This document shows, piece after piece, positions 22,718 through 37,700 of a DNA stretch of 64,000 bases; the first letter of the stretch is position 1, and every line of letters starts with the position of its first letter. Under the pieces are notes generated by a model that had not been told where the DNA came from, made no database searches, and was given only the letters and a program-made list of their open reading frames with translations. Source of the DNA: Strigamia acuminata (lineage: Eukaryota); assembly GCA_949358305.1 (NCBI GenBank), contig OX442314.1, positions 12,772,001 through 12,836,000 of the forward strand, written 5' to 3'. A program made the translations under genes and the position numbers.

Positions 22718-25700
22718 CTAGAACTTTCCCTTATCGTTGTACCAAGATGTGGAACAATCTCCCGATGGACATTCGCGCTACCGTACTCGACTGCGCCGCC
22801 TTCAATTGTCGTTTCCACTGCCGCCACTTCCACTAAAACATGGAACATGAAAATGTTATTAATGAAAATATAATACTTATAATAAGGAAAAAAAATTATT
22901 CTTCATTTTCACTTGGTTTTATACTTGTAAAATGTTGGGCTACAGTCAGTAACCTTTTAACTGTCCCCAGAACTTCCGTACAACACTCGCTGTACTGCAA
23001 ATAGTTTTGATGATTCGTTTTGCCGCAAAGTGGTTTCAGAGGACGAACTTCATCAACTTCTTTTGAAACAAGAAACTACAAAAAATGTAATTATATGTGT
23101 AAAACAACTCAAAATAAAAACAAATTAACATTTTTTTAAAAATTATGTTAAACTTACCTTCACTGACTCGTGCACTTCGCCCGGATCCTCCCCAAATGCT
23201 TCTAACACATCCATAGTTAACTCCATTAAATTAGTAGTTTGATTTTCATACGAAGTTTTTGTAAACAACAAAGCAACCAAACATTTCCGCGCAACCTAAA
23301 AACAAACACAGAATTTATTATATTTTATAAAATAAAAATAACAATTTATTCCTCTCAATACCTGATAACATTTGTAAAAAACCCATTCAAAAGACGGTTT
23401 AGCATGAGTTACTTCGCTAAGAGCTGCGTCTAAATCGAATTTGGCCTGTTGGCACCAAAGTTTCGCCGCTGGATTTAAACCTTTTGCAAAACTCGGTGGC
23501 ACGTCCGAGCTTCTAGGCGCTGAAAAGTGGCCCCAATTATCTCGCGCCCTTCGGTTGTAATTTCGTCGTCTCTTTCCATCTCGTCTGGCCCGTTGATCCC
23601 ACCGACCGAAATTACCGTCCCAAAACTTCGAAGGTTTTGCTTCACTGAAAATGCAAAATTAGAAATTTTAAAAATCGATGTATTCAACATGAAATTAAAT
23701 CATATTACCCTCTCTTCTTTCTGGGCAATCCACTTTTTACACGACGAACTTCATTCTGCAGAAACTCGCAGGCTTCCTCACATACTTCCTTACTGTCAGG
23801 ATGCATGTCCGGATGCCACAGCATGTACAAACGACAAATTGCTGATTCCCTTTTTTCAGGTGGCACAGTTCTCCAAATTTCCTCGATTTGGTCGGATATT
23901 TCATCCATGATTTCTTGCATTGGTCGCGAAAGTCTATGAGTTCCGCTGTCGCCTTGACTGTCTGAGCAAACCAACATCAATTCTGGATACTCTTTGTGTA
24001 TTTCTCTTTTGAGTTGTTTATTAGAAATGAACTTGTAAATATCCAAAGCCGTTTTCTCGACTGGTGTGTTTCCACCAACATCAACTTTATATCTACAGAG
24101 AAGCGAGCCATCATTGCCGGGTTCTTTGATTTTTTCTACTATCCGGCCATAAATGTAAATGTCCCGATCATCCGTTTCAATCGCGATGTACTCAAGTGGC
24201 TTGTAATAATTAAACGGATTATGATCCAATAAACCGCTCACATCGTCTGGAACGTATGAACCCAATTTAGGTCGATAGTCATCTTCAATGTCACCGTCTG
24301 GTAATTCCCTTCTCCTTATTTCTTTCAAAGATTCGTACTGCCGAGACAAATCCAACTTGTCGAGGATTGAACGAAAATGGCTCGCAGCTGAAGGCGATTT
24401 AAATGGACAAGCTGAATTAACCATGTTTACTAAATTATCCACGAAATTAGTCTTCATGTCTGCATGTTCGTGAGCAACCATGAAATCAACGGTATTGCTT
24501 CTTGTTTTATGCCAATACGTTGAAACGCTCGTTTCGTTCAATACTTTTTCACTTCCTTTAATCCGTTTTGCTATCTTCAAAATAGCATAACAACTCACAG
24601 TTATGTCGGTGAAAAAGGCGGCAATTTCGTCTAGCTTGGCTTCCCTTCCTTCCGTGTGAAACGAATGGCGATTAATTACTTTCGTGACAATACGAGTGAA
24701 CATGGAATCGTAAAACAAACTCTGAATTCTGTCCTTGTCCTTGCAATCATTTTCAATTCCCGCACATTTTTCACAATTATTGGATAATGTTTCGCTTATA
24801 TAGTGGTCGTATGATTTTGGTCGGATTAGTGTTGGTAAGTGCAACAAAGCACTTGCAAATGTTGATATAGATCCATCCATTTCGGAGATCATTGCAGTGT
24901 TCCATTTCTTCCCATCCATTTGAGCCAGTAATTCTACGTCAATTTTACCGTCAAGATCAAGAACAATAATTTGGGTGCTCTTCACCAAACAAAAATTTTC
25001 GTCTGGTAAATAGAGTTCTTCTTCAGTTATCGGTAACACGGCACTGTCTTTTCGTTCATTTTTAATTAATTCAGTCAAAAAACCAACGTATGCGTTTTTA
25101 AGACTCACTATCACATTTGGGTCTAGTATCGGACCTTCTCCGTATGTGGCGTGGAACATATTGAAGGCTGAACTGTAGTGGCGATGATTGACCAATTTCT
25201 CCGTGCCAATTTTTTGCAGAACTTCGAGATAGCTACAAATATGTAATAAATTTAAAAAAATTTAGTAAAATCATGAAGGCGATATAACAATATATAAGTT
25301 AGTTACCTATACAATTTCTCTGGTAAGTTGTACAAAAATGGCAAACACTCATCAATCTCAGGACTTTGAAAAACAACTTGATCAGGACGCACAAGTGTTC
25401 TTCCATTTTCCACGAGTACACAAGGCACTTTTTTCAGTATATCAACCAAATGCGACTTTTGATCCAATTTGTCTTTCAGAAAAACGAATATTTCTGCTAG
25501 AACATCGCCGAGTAATTTTATTTCTTTAACTCCATTAATGTTAGTTGTGGTATTTTCCTCGAATTTTAATTTCTGCAAACGGTTGCAAATATTTTCCGCG
25601 TGTGTCGTAACATCTTCTACACTCGGCTCCTCGAGATATGCCAGATGCTCAATTTCACTCTTCAAACCGGAACGTAAACTCCATTCTGGCAACAACTTGG

Positions 25701-28700
25701 AAACTGTCCAACAAACTCGTTCGTTCTGACAGACAACGCTATTCCGATAACATATTAGTCCATTAGATTCTAAAGTCTGTTGATGTAAGAAACCGAGGGC
25801 TTCCGGTATAACGTGACTGTAGATAAACCTAATAGATGACACTCGACTCAAAAAAGAATTAAAGTATTTAGTCATTCTGTAGTAGTGCAGGTTTAGGTTT
25901 AGGTAATTCACAAGTATTTGGCTCTTTAATTCGAGTGTTTCTTTGTCCGAAAGTTCACATTCTAAGTTTTTTGCTAACTGGATAAAAGTTTGAGAACTGA
26001 GTTCACATTTCAGACCAAGTCTTCGCAAATATAAATTCCAATCAATTGTATGCTCCTCCTCATTTTCTAAAAGTTTGGAAAACGCTCCTGGCAGAAACTC
26101 ATCTTCGGGAATCATAGTTTCAAACTCTCTCTTAATACAATCACTGTACAAGTCAGCAATTGCTCTAAACTGTCCATTATTCATTCGCAAGAATGGCGTT
26201 TTTCCAAGCTGTTCGTATAATGTATCTCTTTCTTTGCTCCAGGGTACACAACGCAAGCAATATAGATGTTTAAATATAGACTCCGTAGTGAATTTAGCCA
26301 TGTTTGGAATAATATATTTGGCATACAAATAAACATCGGACATTACAGAAATGTTAAGATTTGTACAAAATTTTTCCTCCTTATTTAGTTCTTTCTCAAG
26401 TAATATTGTATTTGCCAAGTCCTTTAATCTGTCCAATTCAGCACTTTCAATTTCCTTTGTACAAACGATGTAATCGCACTCATCTTCCAAATTGACCAAG
26501 TTGCCTTCTAACGTTGGAAATAACGGCAACGATTTAATCATCTTCATTATATGCGTCTCATTGGCTTCAATGCGATGCGAAAATGATTTAATGATGAAAT
26601 CCAACAACACTTGATTCTCCTTGTAATTCAAGTGACCAAAGTTTGCCTCTTGGACTTCATTACTCAGGGCCGAGTAAAGCACATTCACTATGGTTTCTGG
26701 TGACTGCGAACAAGCGCAGAGGTAGCTGAAAAAGTCCTTTAAAATACATTTGGAATTCCCCATATCACCAATCATAACGGGTTTAAAAAAATCGTTAACG
26801 TCTGCAAACATCACTCCAAGTTTTCTTAAACAGAGATACAACTCGTTCCGTTTACCAATGATACCGACAGGAAATATGATAATAGGTGCATTTCGAAGTG
26901 TAACAAGAAAGTTCTTCGTTGTTTTTCGAGCGTCAAGAACAGTCACTGGAAGTAAAGCCCAATCCTCCAATGGCTTAACGCGCTCCAATGCCGATTCCCG
27001 ATTTTCGATATCTTTTGCTAAATATTGAAAAATTTTATAAATAAGCTCCATATTTTTAATTCGCGGTTTTTTGTGACATTTTCCAAACAAATCGGGTAAT
27101 TCATTGTGCAGATGTTTAGCTAAAACAGCAACATCAAATTTGCGACAATATTGCACAGGCATGGCGGTGAAGTTGATGAACGGACTACAGAATAAGTTTC
27201 CTTGATTTGGCAAAAGTTCAGCGTTTGAGGCATCGTACACTTCATAATCTGCAGAAAATCGGCGAAGATAACCATCTGCTGTCAACAAGAGCGGAATGTT
27301 TTCCAATTCAACATTTTCTGCTTTTAGTATGAATTTCAAGCAAGATTGAATCATGTTTTTGTTTAAAATGGTTTTTCCCAATTCTACCGGTAACTTTTCT
27401 ACACTTGCTTTTAAAACTAGTTTGCTGTCTTCAACTTTTTTCATGTGTTCTGCTACGCCAATCGGGGTGATAACATTTGGTTCCATTTCTACAGTGCTGC
27501 AAATTTCCACCACGACCCGATTAAAACCCAACTGATATTTTGGAAAATGAACTATTTCTAATAAGCTGCGAATATGATCATTTTCAGTTGGTCTATCGTC
27601 CTTCTTCTGTCCCCCAGTAACCCCTGTTGAAAGTCTAACATGTGGTTGTTCTTCTTTCTCAACAAGTCTGTCAAGTATACCCTCAGACATTGGTAACCAC
27701 ATCAAAGTCCGCCTCATATAATTATCAATTTTGATACCAAAAGTTAAATCCAAGTTGTTTTTATGCAGCAAATAGTAAATTTCCTTCAACATAATACGTC
27801 CAATTGGTTCTTGGTTCTTCGTTGTCGGTAAATACCGTTGGTACCTCTTCATGAGAATTTCTTGATATTTTATGTCATCGCCTCTATCCGAATGAGTTTT
27901 TTCCCATTCTAAATTGACATTGTTTTTTACAATTTCAAGCGCCTGGATGTATAACGGAGCTAAAACTTTGGTAATTAAGTACTCGTTCCATTGTTTCTTG
28001 TACGAACCATCATCGCCTTCCAAGTGGCAATGCTTCCTGCCTTGGTCCAGCATGAATTTACCATTGACGTGAACCGGTAATTTGTTGTTTCCTGGCAATG
28101 GTAAAGTTGTGTACGTTCGTTTATTGTGTGGATTTGAGTGAAGCGGCATTGCGATGCCGACTAGTGGCAATGCCTTGAACTTTCCAGTTTCTCTCAACTT
28201 CGCCACTTCGGACGGCAACTCATCTTTCATGCAGCTTAGACTTTGCAATATCTGCCATTTGAATTTCATTGGTTCCTTACTTTTCTCCGATTTCACATCA
28301 CTTCCAACAGATATTCTGTACTTAACAGTCGCATCTTCAAGTTCTTTTTTACTTCTCAAAACTTTTAAGAATTTCTTCTTTTTGCTCCTATCCTTCTTAG
28401 ACATTTCAGAAACGAAACTCAAGTCTTTACATAACTTTCCATTGTGATCGACGTAACTAATTCGAATTTTTTCCACATTCTTCAAAAAGAAAAAAAAATC
28501 CACTGCTTCCGACTCGAACGTTTTGAAAATCTCCATTAGCTCCTCCAGTTCAATTGGATCAGCAATCTTCGACGGTATCGCTTGCCCTCTGCTCCTGAGC
28601 GGCAATCGAAACACAGTTGACTTCTCAAGCTGCAAGTCGTCAACCGGTTTAAATCCGAGCATTATGTTTGTGTAGATCGCTTTAAAATCTTCAGTCAAGT

Positions 28701-31700
28701 CGAATTTCCCACCAGGAGCTTCTACAGTGGCTGTAGGCACGTACTCCATGTGTGGGTCCAGGACACACAGGACTGCATTGTTACTAATAAACATTGGTAC
28801 GTCTGTCAGGCGATAAACAGTGTTGAAACCGATGCCGAACTTTCCAGTCAAATGTGGATCTTCTCGTTTGCTTCCAAGCCCCAGATCTCGGATACCCTTT
28901 AAATCCTTTTCTTCAAATATTTTGTTGTTGTACACGATGAGTGAAGGTCCTTGCAGATGCTTCCAGTTGTCACTTAGAAGATTCGAGTCGGTCGGTAGTT
29001 GCCTTTGGTCCAGGATGAAGCGAATTTCGGAGGCGCCGGCATCATCCGCATTTTGAATCATTTCGTTAATTATATCGGAGTTTGTGCTGTATTCGTCCAA
29101 TATGTTGTGTATCCTTGTTGTCAGTTCTTCGTGCTGGCCAAAACTCTCCCCGAATTCAAAAGGTTTGTAAAAAATCTGCGCTACCTTTTCACGTTGAAAG
29201 CAAACTCCAAGTTTCAACGCAATAACTCGCGGAATCTTCCCATTGCAAATATTGGCACCAGCCATAAGTTTCTCTGGAATTTCTTTCATGTCCAGTTCCC
29301 AGAAAGTCAAGCTGGAGACTGGGAACAAAATCCCCTTTTGATCAGGTACCAACAACTCGTCCAGATTAGCCGATGACCCATCGAGAGCGTTCGAAATATT
29401 TTTACACAAATGTACAGCAATCTGAAGTGTATCTGAAGGCAATCGATTTGTGCCATGTTTTTCTTTCATTCGTTGCAAAGCATCGATGTAATCCTCAATA
29501 GAGAACGCCTGCTTTATACCAAACTTCAACAACAAATCCGCATATTTCCCGAAGACCGTTCCCTTAATCGAATACAAGTAAGGCGCATAGTCCTCCGGTG
29601 TATGATTGCTGCATACAACGTGGTAAGGTACAAATGCTGCAGTATTAAACAGCAGAACCGGTAAAGTTGAAAATTCGTTGATTAATGGTTCTAGGTGTTC
29701 GGAAGCAGATATCAATAGGCTTTGGAGTGTCTTGTAACATTCTGACACAGTAGGCGCATTCGAAAAGTAATTTGCACTAAACGACCAGTGCAACTGATAG
29801 TGTAAATGTCAAGTTAAACGACCCACTTTTCGAATGTAAAAATAAATTTCTGTGCAAATTTCAGTGTAAATTCAAGTGTAAATAAATCAGCCCAAATAAT
29901 AACCATAGTCAAAATTGTTTCTCTTAAAAAACAGGCGCGTTCAATTTCAACTTGTGAAATTATAAAAACTTGGTTATAATTATAAATGTAAGTTTATTTA
30001 AATTATTTTTTGTATTATTACTTATTTAAGAACGGGGAATCGGCCGAACGTCGGCCGAACGTCGGCCGCATTCGATCGCACAAATGCGGCCGAATACTGG
30101 CCGCATTTGATCGCACAAATGTGGCCCAACACCGGCCGCATTCGATCGCACAAATGCGGCCGAACATCGACCGCATTCGATTGCACAAATGAGGCCGAAC
30201 AATGGCCACATTCGACCTCACAGATGCGGCTAATAACTGCTACAAAATTGTTGTTACAATTGAAATCGTTGGAACCGATCTAACGAAAATCCAAGATGGC
30301 TGCCAGCAAGACCCGATTTGAAGGAGAAAACTCGTTGCACGGAGATTTTAAACGGAAACGTGGCGTACAGGCCGTTTCCGTTTAACCAGTTTACACGACA
30401 TTTACACGAATTAATTCGTGTAAATGTCGTGTGAAAACGAGTGTAAACACGTTTACACTCGTTTTAATGACTTTTCGAATGCGCCTAATGTCTTGCATCT
30501 TTAAAAAAAAAAAGAATTATGAATCAAATGCATACACACAGTTGTTGCAATTGCGTACAAGTATCCCTCGTTGTATGAGATCTCCCTTTACAGGATTTGG
30601 CTAAAATGCGATTTAAAAAAATACAAAGTAGCAATTAACATGCAAATGAATCCATTGGGCCCAACAATTATGTGCACGTATTGGCGAGACAACCGCTGTA
30701 ATTCCCCAATGATAATTCGATTCGTGTGATGTATGAATCAATTAATCACGTAAATCGAAAGATACTCGTACTTACTGCCACAAATATATTAAAAACGTAC
30801 CATTTCAATTTGCTGTGTCGTGCACTTCATTGGCAATAATGAAGATAAAATTCTTAGTTGTTCCAAAACCAACTGTGGAGAAGGAATACGACGTGAGCAT
30901 CGTAATTGGTCACCCAATGTGCTTGCATATTGTACGCCTTCATCGTCCAAAATAGGTGCCACAAAACACACGGTTTTTGTCGAATTCTTCGAAAAAACCT
31001 CTTGAGAACTATAAACACGATTTACAGCTTTTGAATTGTACCACGGTAAAGTCCAATCGTGAGGTTGCGACGAAGCAAACAAAAATGGAATGCTCAGAAG
31101 CTTTTCGTAAGCCGAATCCGAAATGTTGTGGCCCGTAAGATTATTTAAAACAAGTTTGCTTCTTGTTTTTGCTTCTTCGACTAATCCCTGATCGAACAGA
31201 AGTTGCACCGTTTGCGCACGTTCCAGCAACATTTCACTCGAAGCAGTCGTGCGCATTCCAAATGACATAAGAATCTTTTGAATTTCTGGTTTTCTGAATT
31301 CTCCATGAGGAAATCTATTTTCGCTTTCAAAGTACAGTTTATGGATTGCACAATCTGAATGAACCAAATCCATGGGTCGTACTCTGACACCGCCATCCAC
31401 ACCAGCTGGAATGCACGGAGTATCCTCCAATAATTGTCTCAAGTATTGTTCATGAGCGTGCGTAGTGATTAAGATTTCTAGGAGAATCTCGTTGGCAAGT
31501 TCACAGTCGTAGTGTTTTATTTGCGGGAAATAAATGTTGGTGAAAAACTTGACGTCGTCGAACGATTGTGCATCGAATTCATCTTTGAAAAGTGTCTCCA
31601 AACTATTTTGAACTTCGGGAGAAATGAAAACCAAACCGTACTCGGGTATAAATTGTTGAAATGTGCTTTTCATTGCTCGTTTAGCAGCATCGTAAAACTT

Positions 31701-34700
31701 CTGTGACCACAAATTCGAAAGTTTTAAGAAACGTGAGTGCGCAAATGTAATCCATCGTCCATCGTCGGTTTTCCACAGACATGCGTCCGATTTGCACAAT
31801 TTTTGGTAAACCCTTTCGACAAATCCGTGGAACTCGTGATGAACATTGCCATGAACAGGCCAAATATAGTCAAACTTGTAATCCTGCAACTCGTGGTTTT
31901 CATCTAAAGATTTCAACTTAGACAGTAACTCTGTGAAACATGTAACAAGAGCCTCCGTTTTCAATGCCTCGTTCCATCGAGACTTCAAGCTTCCCATGCC
32001 GCGCGTATTTTCAGTCCATAAATGGCGTCGGTTTGCAGCCAAAGCAAATGCAGCGTGCAAATGAAATGGCAAACCCGTCTCAACAGGTAAAGGTAAATAA
32101 CAGAATGCTAACCCTGATGTTTTAACAACCTGTAAAAAAAGAAGAAGAAAAAAAAACATGTAATAAACATTACTTTAACATCGCAGAATAATACAGAACG
32201 GCAGCGCTTCAACAATTTTCCCAGAAATCCGTTTAATCCCCAATGATGGTACCAAGTTTCCATTCTGTATTATGCTGGATTCCCACTAGGATTTAACTTA
32301 CGTTGTACTTGTTCTCCAGTATTCCTAAGTTTACCGCAATAGCCACGATCGGCATCAGGCCAGCTTCTTGGCCTTCTGATGACGATGCCAACTGATAAGC
32401 TTTATCGTCACTCGCACACCATTGTGAAATCCATGCTTCAACTCCACTGCTTTCGCACATGGAAAAAGGATCCGTTCCACTGGTAAGTGACATTTTCGCA
32501 ATTTCGGCGTAATGCACAGACATAAAACGCTGATTGCTAGAAATCGTTGTTTTCACAGTTTGGATCAAAGCATTTTGGTCCCCAAAATAATCCATCAATG
32601 GAGATACTGACTTCTCCACAACCAATAGACTTTGCTTATTTTGTGGATTGTTGCGATTACTTGCAAGGTAATCCACTTGAAGCGTCGTAACATTAAGTAA
32701 AAATAGCATAACATGGCTCGCAGTTTGACCAAATCCCTTCAACAGACTCTGCATCTTGAAAAGGTCGTAAGAATTTTTACTCAATTGTGAAGTTGCACTC
32801 ATTTCCGAATCCCGCAATGGCAATCTAAACAGCGTATGCGAATAATCCACTCCTTCTCGTTTGTACGATAAATCGCAGCCAAATACATCTTTGTACGGGC
32901 GAAATTGATCGGCAAATGATTCTAATTTGCGCGTCTTTTTCCCCAGATTAAATCGAATGCCTCCAGTTCTTGGCAGGCGATGTTTGTGCGGATCTAGAAA
33001 GGCCAAGAATTCTCTGCTCACGAAACTCGGCATGTCGGTCAAGTGATAAACGCAGTTAAACCCGACTCCGAACGATCCAATCTTTTCCGAATGATTACGC
33101 TTCGTTGCGCCTCCAACACTCAAAATATTCTTGAAATCCTCGTCAGTAAAAGTGGCGTCGTTAAACACCCAGAGTGCGGGTCCTTGGAATTTGTCCATGC
33201 CGGATTCTTTGTACAACACCGATGTTCTCCATTGCGCGTTTTCTCGCATATCCAACAGGAATCCGACTCGCCCGGCTTTCGCATCATCGGCGTTTTGAAT
33301 CAATTCTTGGAAAATGGTCGCATCTGCCGGATATTCCTCCAATATGTTCTTCAAGCGTTGAAGGATGGACTCGTGCTGTTCGAACTCTTCCGCGTCCAAA
33401 ACGGCATTCGATAATGGCGTCGCTCCCAACTTCCGGCACAACTCGTTGGGCAAATCGCTATGGGTTAATATAATGTCATCCTCGTCTTCGCTGTCCACAA
33501 GAAGAGCTTCGTAGTTGCCACAGTCGTTGAATTTGCACTCACTCGCAGGTTTAAATTTGAGTCCGATTTTGTTATATTTTGTGGGAATTTTCAAATCTTC
33601 ATCGTCCGCCAAATGCTCAGCAAGAACCTCCAGAATGCTCCGAACGTAAGTAAAGTCAATTTTGCTTTCTCTTTGATCAGATACTGGAAAATATTTGACC
33701 ATATGTTCGTATTCGAATACGATTTCATGGAAAACCTTTCGTCCTATGGTCACTTTATCTTCTTCTTGAACGCCATACGTCTTGAAGAATTGAATCAAGT
33801 CAGCCTCTTGCAAAAAATGAGGAAGGCAATACATGTACGGTTCCAAACCCGTCTTGTAGTAATTCCAACTGGTGACAACTCGTTCAGGTGCGACGAACTT
33901 CTTGCCGGTCCATACCCATGCCCATACAGGAGGCACGATGGCTTGAGAATTCGTTCTTTCTGCTAATAACTTGTAGCACTGGTACAGCGTGCTCTCTTGC
34001 TCAAATTTGTTAAGAGCGATGTAATTATCCGAAACGAATTCAAGATGTTTAAAAAGCAAATCCAAGCCGATGTTTGTGCGATCAGTTAAGCATAACTGAA
34101 TTGGTAAAGTTGCGTTGACGATGGGACTCACAGAACCGACCATAAGCGCGCAATCTTGTTGAACGAGTTCGGCAGCCGAATACAGAATGCCCTGCTTGTC
34201 AGACCCGAACCAAACTAGGTTTTTTGGATAATCGAGAGGTCGATTTGCCTGGGCTTGAAATAATTTTAAGTTTTTCATTTCCGCTATCTGTCTCGAGTTT
34301 AATTTACGAAAATTTGCAAGCAAAACTTGATTAAAGCAAACTAACTTGGTTTCATTTTTAAAACCAGCGTTATGAATCAAACGTGCTGTTCGCATAATTT
34401 CATCAGCAGTTAGATCAGTGGTCGTTCTTAATCCCAGGCTCCGCAGTCTGTCCAATATCATCCCGTTGTTGTATTCCGCGGATGGAAAGCGGCCCGTTTC
34501 GCCATAAAACAAATTCTTCAGATCCGAGACATTCGAATCGAATAACGAGGATGGCGAGTAGTATTGTCCATCATTACTGGGTACAAAACTGTGATTGATC
34601 AATCGATTTCGGACGCTCCATAGATTTATGTAATCGAATGCCCACAACATTAACGATGAAAAGTCATTAGAAGTGTATGTACGTCGATTTTCAACGATTT

Positions 34701-37700
34701 GCTTTGCTATTTTTTCTCGAGTAACTGCTCTAATTCCCAATAATTGTCGAATGTTGTCGACTTGTCTGTCTCTGCAATCCAGATAGGTAACGTTTGTTTT
34801 AACCAGTTCTGGAAGACCATCGAAATTAACCGCCACGGCATCATGGCAATCTGCAATCGATGTCACCTCTTTTAAGCAAACAGTATTCGATGCCCCTCGC
34901 AATATCTTAAAAAGTGGGAGTTTCCGTATCACTTTCTTGCAGTCTGGCGTAATTCCATCAATGTGTTTCGTAAAATATGCAACAATTTCATCTCTGAATA
35001 CATATTGAGTTCCTGCTAAAACTCCTTCAATCAATGAAAAGGTGCAATTCTGTAGCAATTGGGCCAAACTCGACGCACCTCCTTTATGGATGTAGATAAC
35101 CAGATATTTGTGCCGCAATAAGAGATTGGCAGGTACCGAAATTGCGTCTGCATATGTTAACAGATTTTCTATGTTCGCCGAAAAGGAATTTTCCACAAAT
35201 AGACGACTGTCGAGTCTCGAAGGAAGTGGCAACAGAGTCCATTCCTTCTTGGCGCAGTCCAGAATTGTCAGTTTTTCAAATTGTGACAGGTCTGCGGGGT
35301 ACATTTCTTGCAGATGCCTCCACAAGAGCTGTAACCAACTCTTATTCGGGAATGATGACGCGTTTAAGTTGTAGTTTATTGGTTGGTCGCTGTTCCAGCA
35401 GTCCGGCAAAGCTTGTTTTAGAAGCCTGGGGAAATTAGCCTTATCTATTCTTTTCATTTTAGAAACTAATTTAAAAAAAAAAAAAGATTTAAAATAGAAA
35501 AAGGATTTTAAAAACATATCGTACGGTACCTTTAACGTTATTGAAAAAATTAACGATCGAATCCGTTAAATTTGTAATGTTAATGATAGAGTTGCTCAGA
35601 GTTGGCAGTAAACTTTGGTAAGTTTCTGAAGCCAAGTATAAATCTGTTGATTTCAATCTACCAAAAGCACCATTGACCAATGGAATGATTGGAAAATCTT
35701 TGATGCACGCCGTTAGTATTGAAGATGCGACATTTGCAACAAAATACTGAAGCAATAACAAACGATCTGCGTCAACTAAAAGTATTAAATATTTCTATTA
35801 CATGCCTCCATTTATCTTATTAATAGTTACCAATTGCATCCCAAGAACGTAATTTCTTCAACTCCTTCCAGACAACCTTGTAATCTGTATAATTTATTCG
35901 ACTCTTGTGGCCATACTTATTCACTGCTTTTAAAATATTGCTCGGAACATGCACGTAAGGGGTTTTTGTTTGATTTAAGCAACGACGAACAGCTCCTGAA
36001 ATTTCTTCGTTGTTGTTTTCACTTAAATTATCCACATACATGTTGGCGTTTAAGGTCGTCCAAATCCCACCGGGGCATGAAATCTAATTTATTTAACAAC
36101 AAAATTGTTCAAGAAAAAAATCAAATTACAACACTTAAAATAATTACCTTTAAAACGGGTTGATCGAATAATAAATTGAAAAATGGCGCCAAAACAGCTT
36201 CCCATCTTGCATGCACCTGGTCTACATCCGGCCACAACTTATACGATTCTTCGGCATAATTATCCACGCAAAATCGAATCAACTGGACATAAGCGACAGG
36301 AATAACCTCTGAATTTTTAAACAAATATCAATTACTTTCAAGAACTACAATAACAGGACGATTTTTTTAACCTTCTACTAAAGCAGCGTTCCAATTTGCA
36401 TCAGTGTCCCGAGTTTGATCAGAAGACGGCCACTTCAGATTACGTCGATTGTCTTCCAGTCCGAAAAACGCATTAACGTGCACCGGCAATCCCGTCATGT
36501 TCTCAGAGTTATTTGGAAGAGGAAGAAAACAAAAAATCCGCCCTACAGAAACCCAAGTAGAATTCATTGAATAACAAAAATTCAATCGCTTTGAAATCTA
36601 TTCGTTTCTACCTTCCACAGGAGTTTCCACACGAGCAGCCAATGACACCATCGGCAATCGTTTCACCTGGTTTTCCAAACTCCAACTTGCAGGAGCATTG
36701 GAATGCTTCGGTACAAAGTGCGACACAATCCAAGTTGTACATTGATTTGTCCACGGTGAGTTTCCACTATCGATATTTAAAATCATATTCACGGCCAGAT
36801 CGCTCGTTATTTTATCACCGCGTTTTCTAAACTCTACGATTTTGTCCATTTCCTGCAAGAAAAAAAAATATGTAACTTGTAAAATAAAAATTAATATCGA
36901 GTGTCTACCTGGTTCAATTGAGCTCTTTTAAGTCGCACGGTTTCAATAGAGCAGAAAGATATATTAGCTGCATTTACTTGAGAAGTTCTATTCCAAATTT
37001 CTATGGTTTCAAGATGCGATAAAAATAAAAGGATTTCTTCAATTTCACTGGAGAAGTTTTCAAACAATTTCTCAACCTAAAATGAAACAAGATTTGCAAC
37101 TTTTACACAGGTATCTCAAGAGAAGACTATGGATTCTTGAAATTTGTGACAAAATACATAATAGGTGCATTCAACTCTAAATGGTTTTCCCCGTTTTCGT
37201 CGTTTTCCTCGTTTTCGCCGTTTTCCCACACAGGATGTAGACGCATTTGACGTCACATTTCGGAAATCGGTTTTCCTGAAAACCGTTTTCATGAAAACCA
37301 GAAAATCGTGGTTTTCGTGGTTTGCAAATTGTTTTCCCGGCCGCCATTCTGTAATCGAATAGATCGGCCGCATTTGCGCATCGAATGCGGCCAATTTTCG
37401 GTCGCTTTTGCGCGTCGAATGCGGCCAATTTTCGGCCGCATTTGCACGTCGAATGCGGCCAATTTTCCGGCGCATTTGCGCGTCAAATGCGGCCAAATTT
37501 TCGGCTGCATTTGCGCGATCGAAAGCTGCCGATTTTGGCCGGATCTGTGCTCAATGTTTAAAACCGTTTTCATCGTTTTCGGAAAACGATGAAAAACGGT
37601 TTTTGAAAGCACTTTTAGAATTGAATGCACCTAATGTAATTCATGAAAATTTGAGTTTTTATGAAATTTAAATTTTTGATATTTTGTACAACAAGAAAAA

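Noticed and set aside
30537..30600. Extra sacsin micro-exon
   Set aside because: It would need a ~40-nt intron, shorter than others here, and shows no sacsin similarity.
23996..35438. Plus-strand ORFs overlapping sacsin
   Set aside because: Antisense shadows of long coding exons with no recognisable motifs.
37116..37671. Multiple overlapping ORFs (also 30010-30221)
   Set aside because: Products of palindromic MITE repeats.
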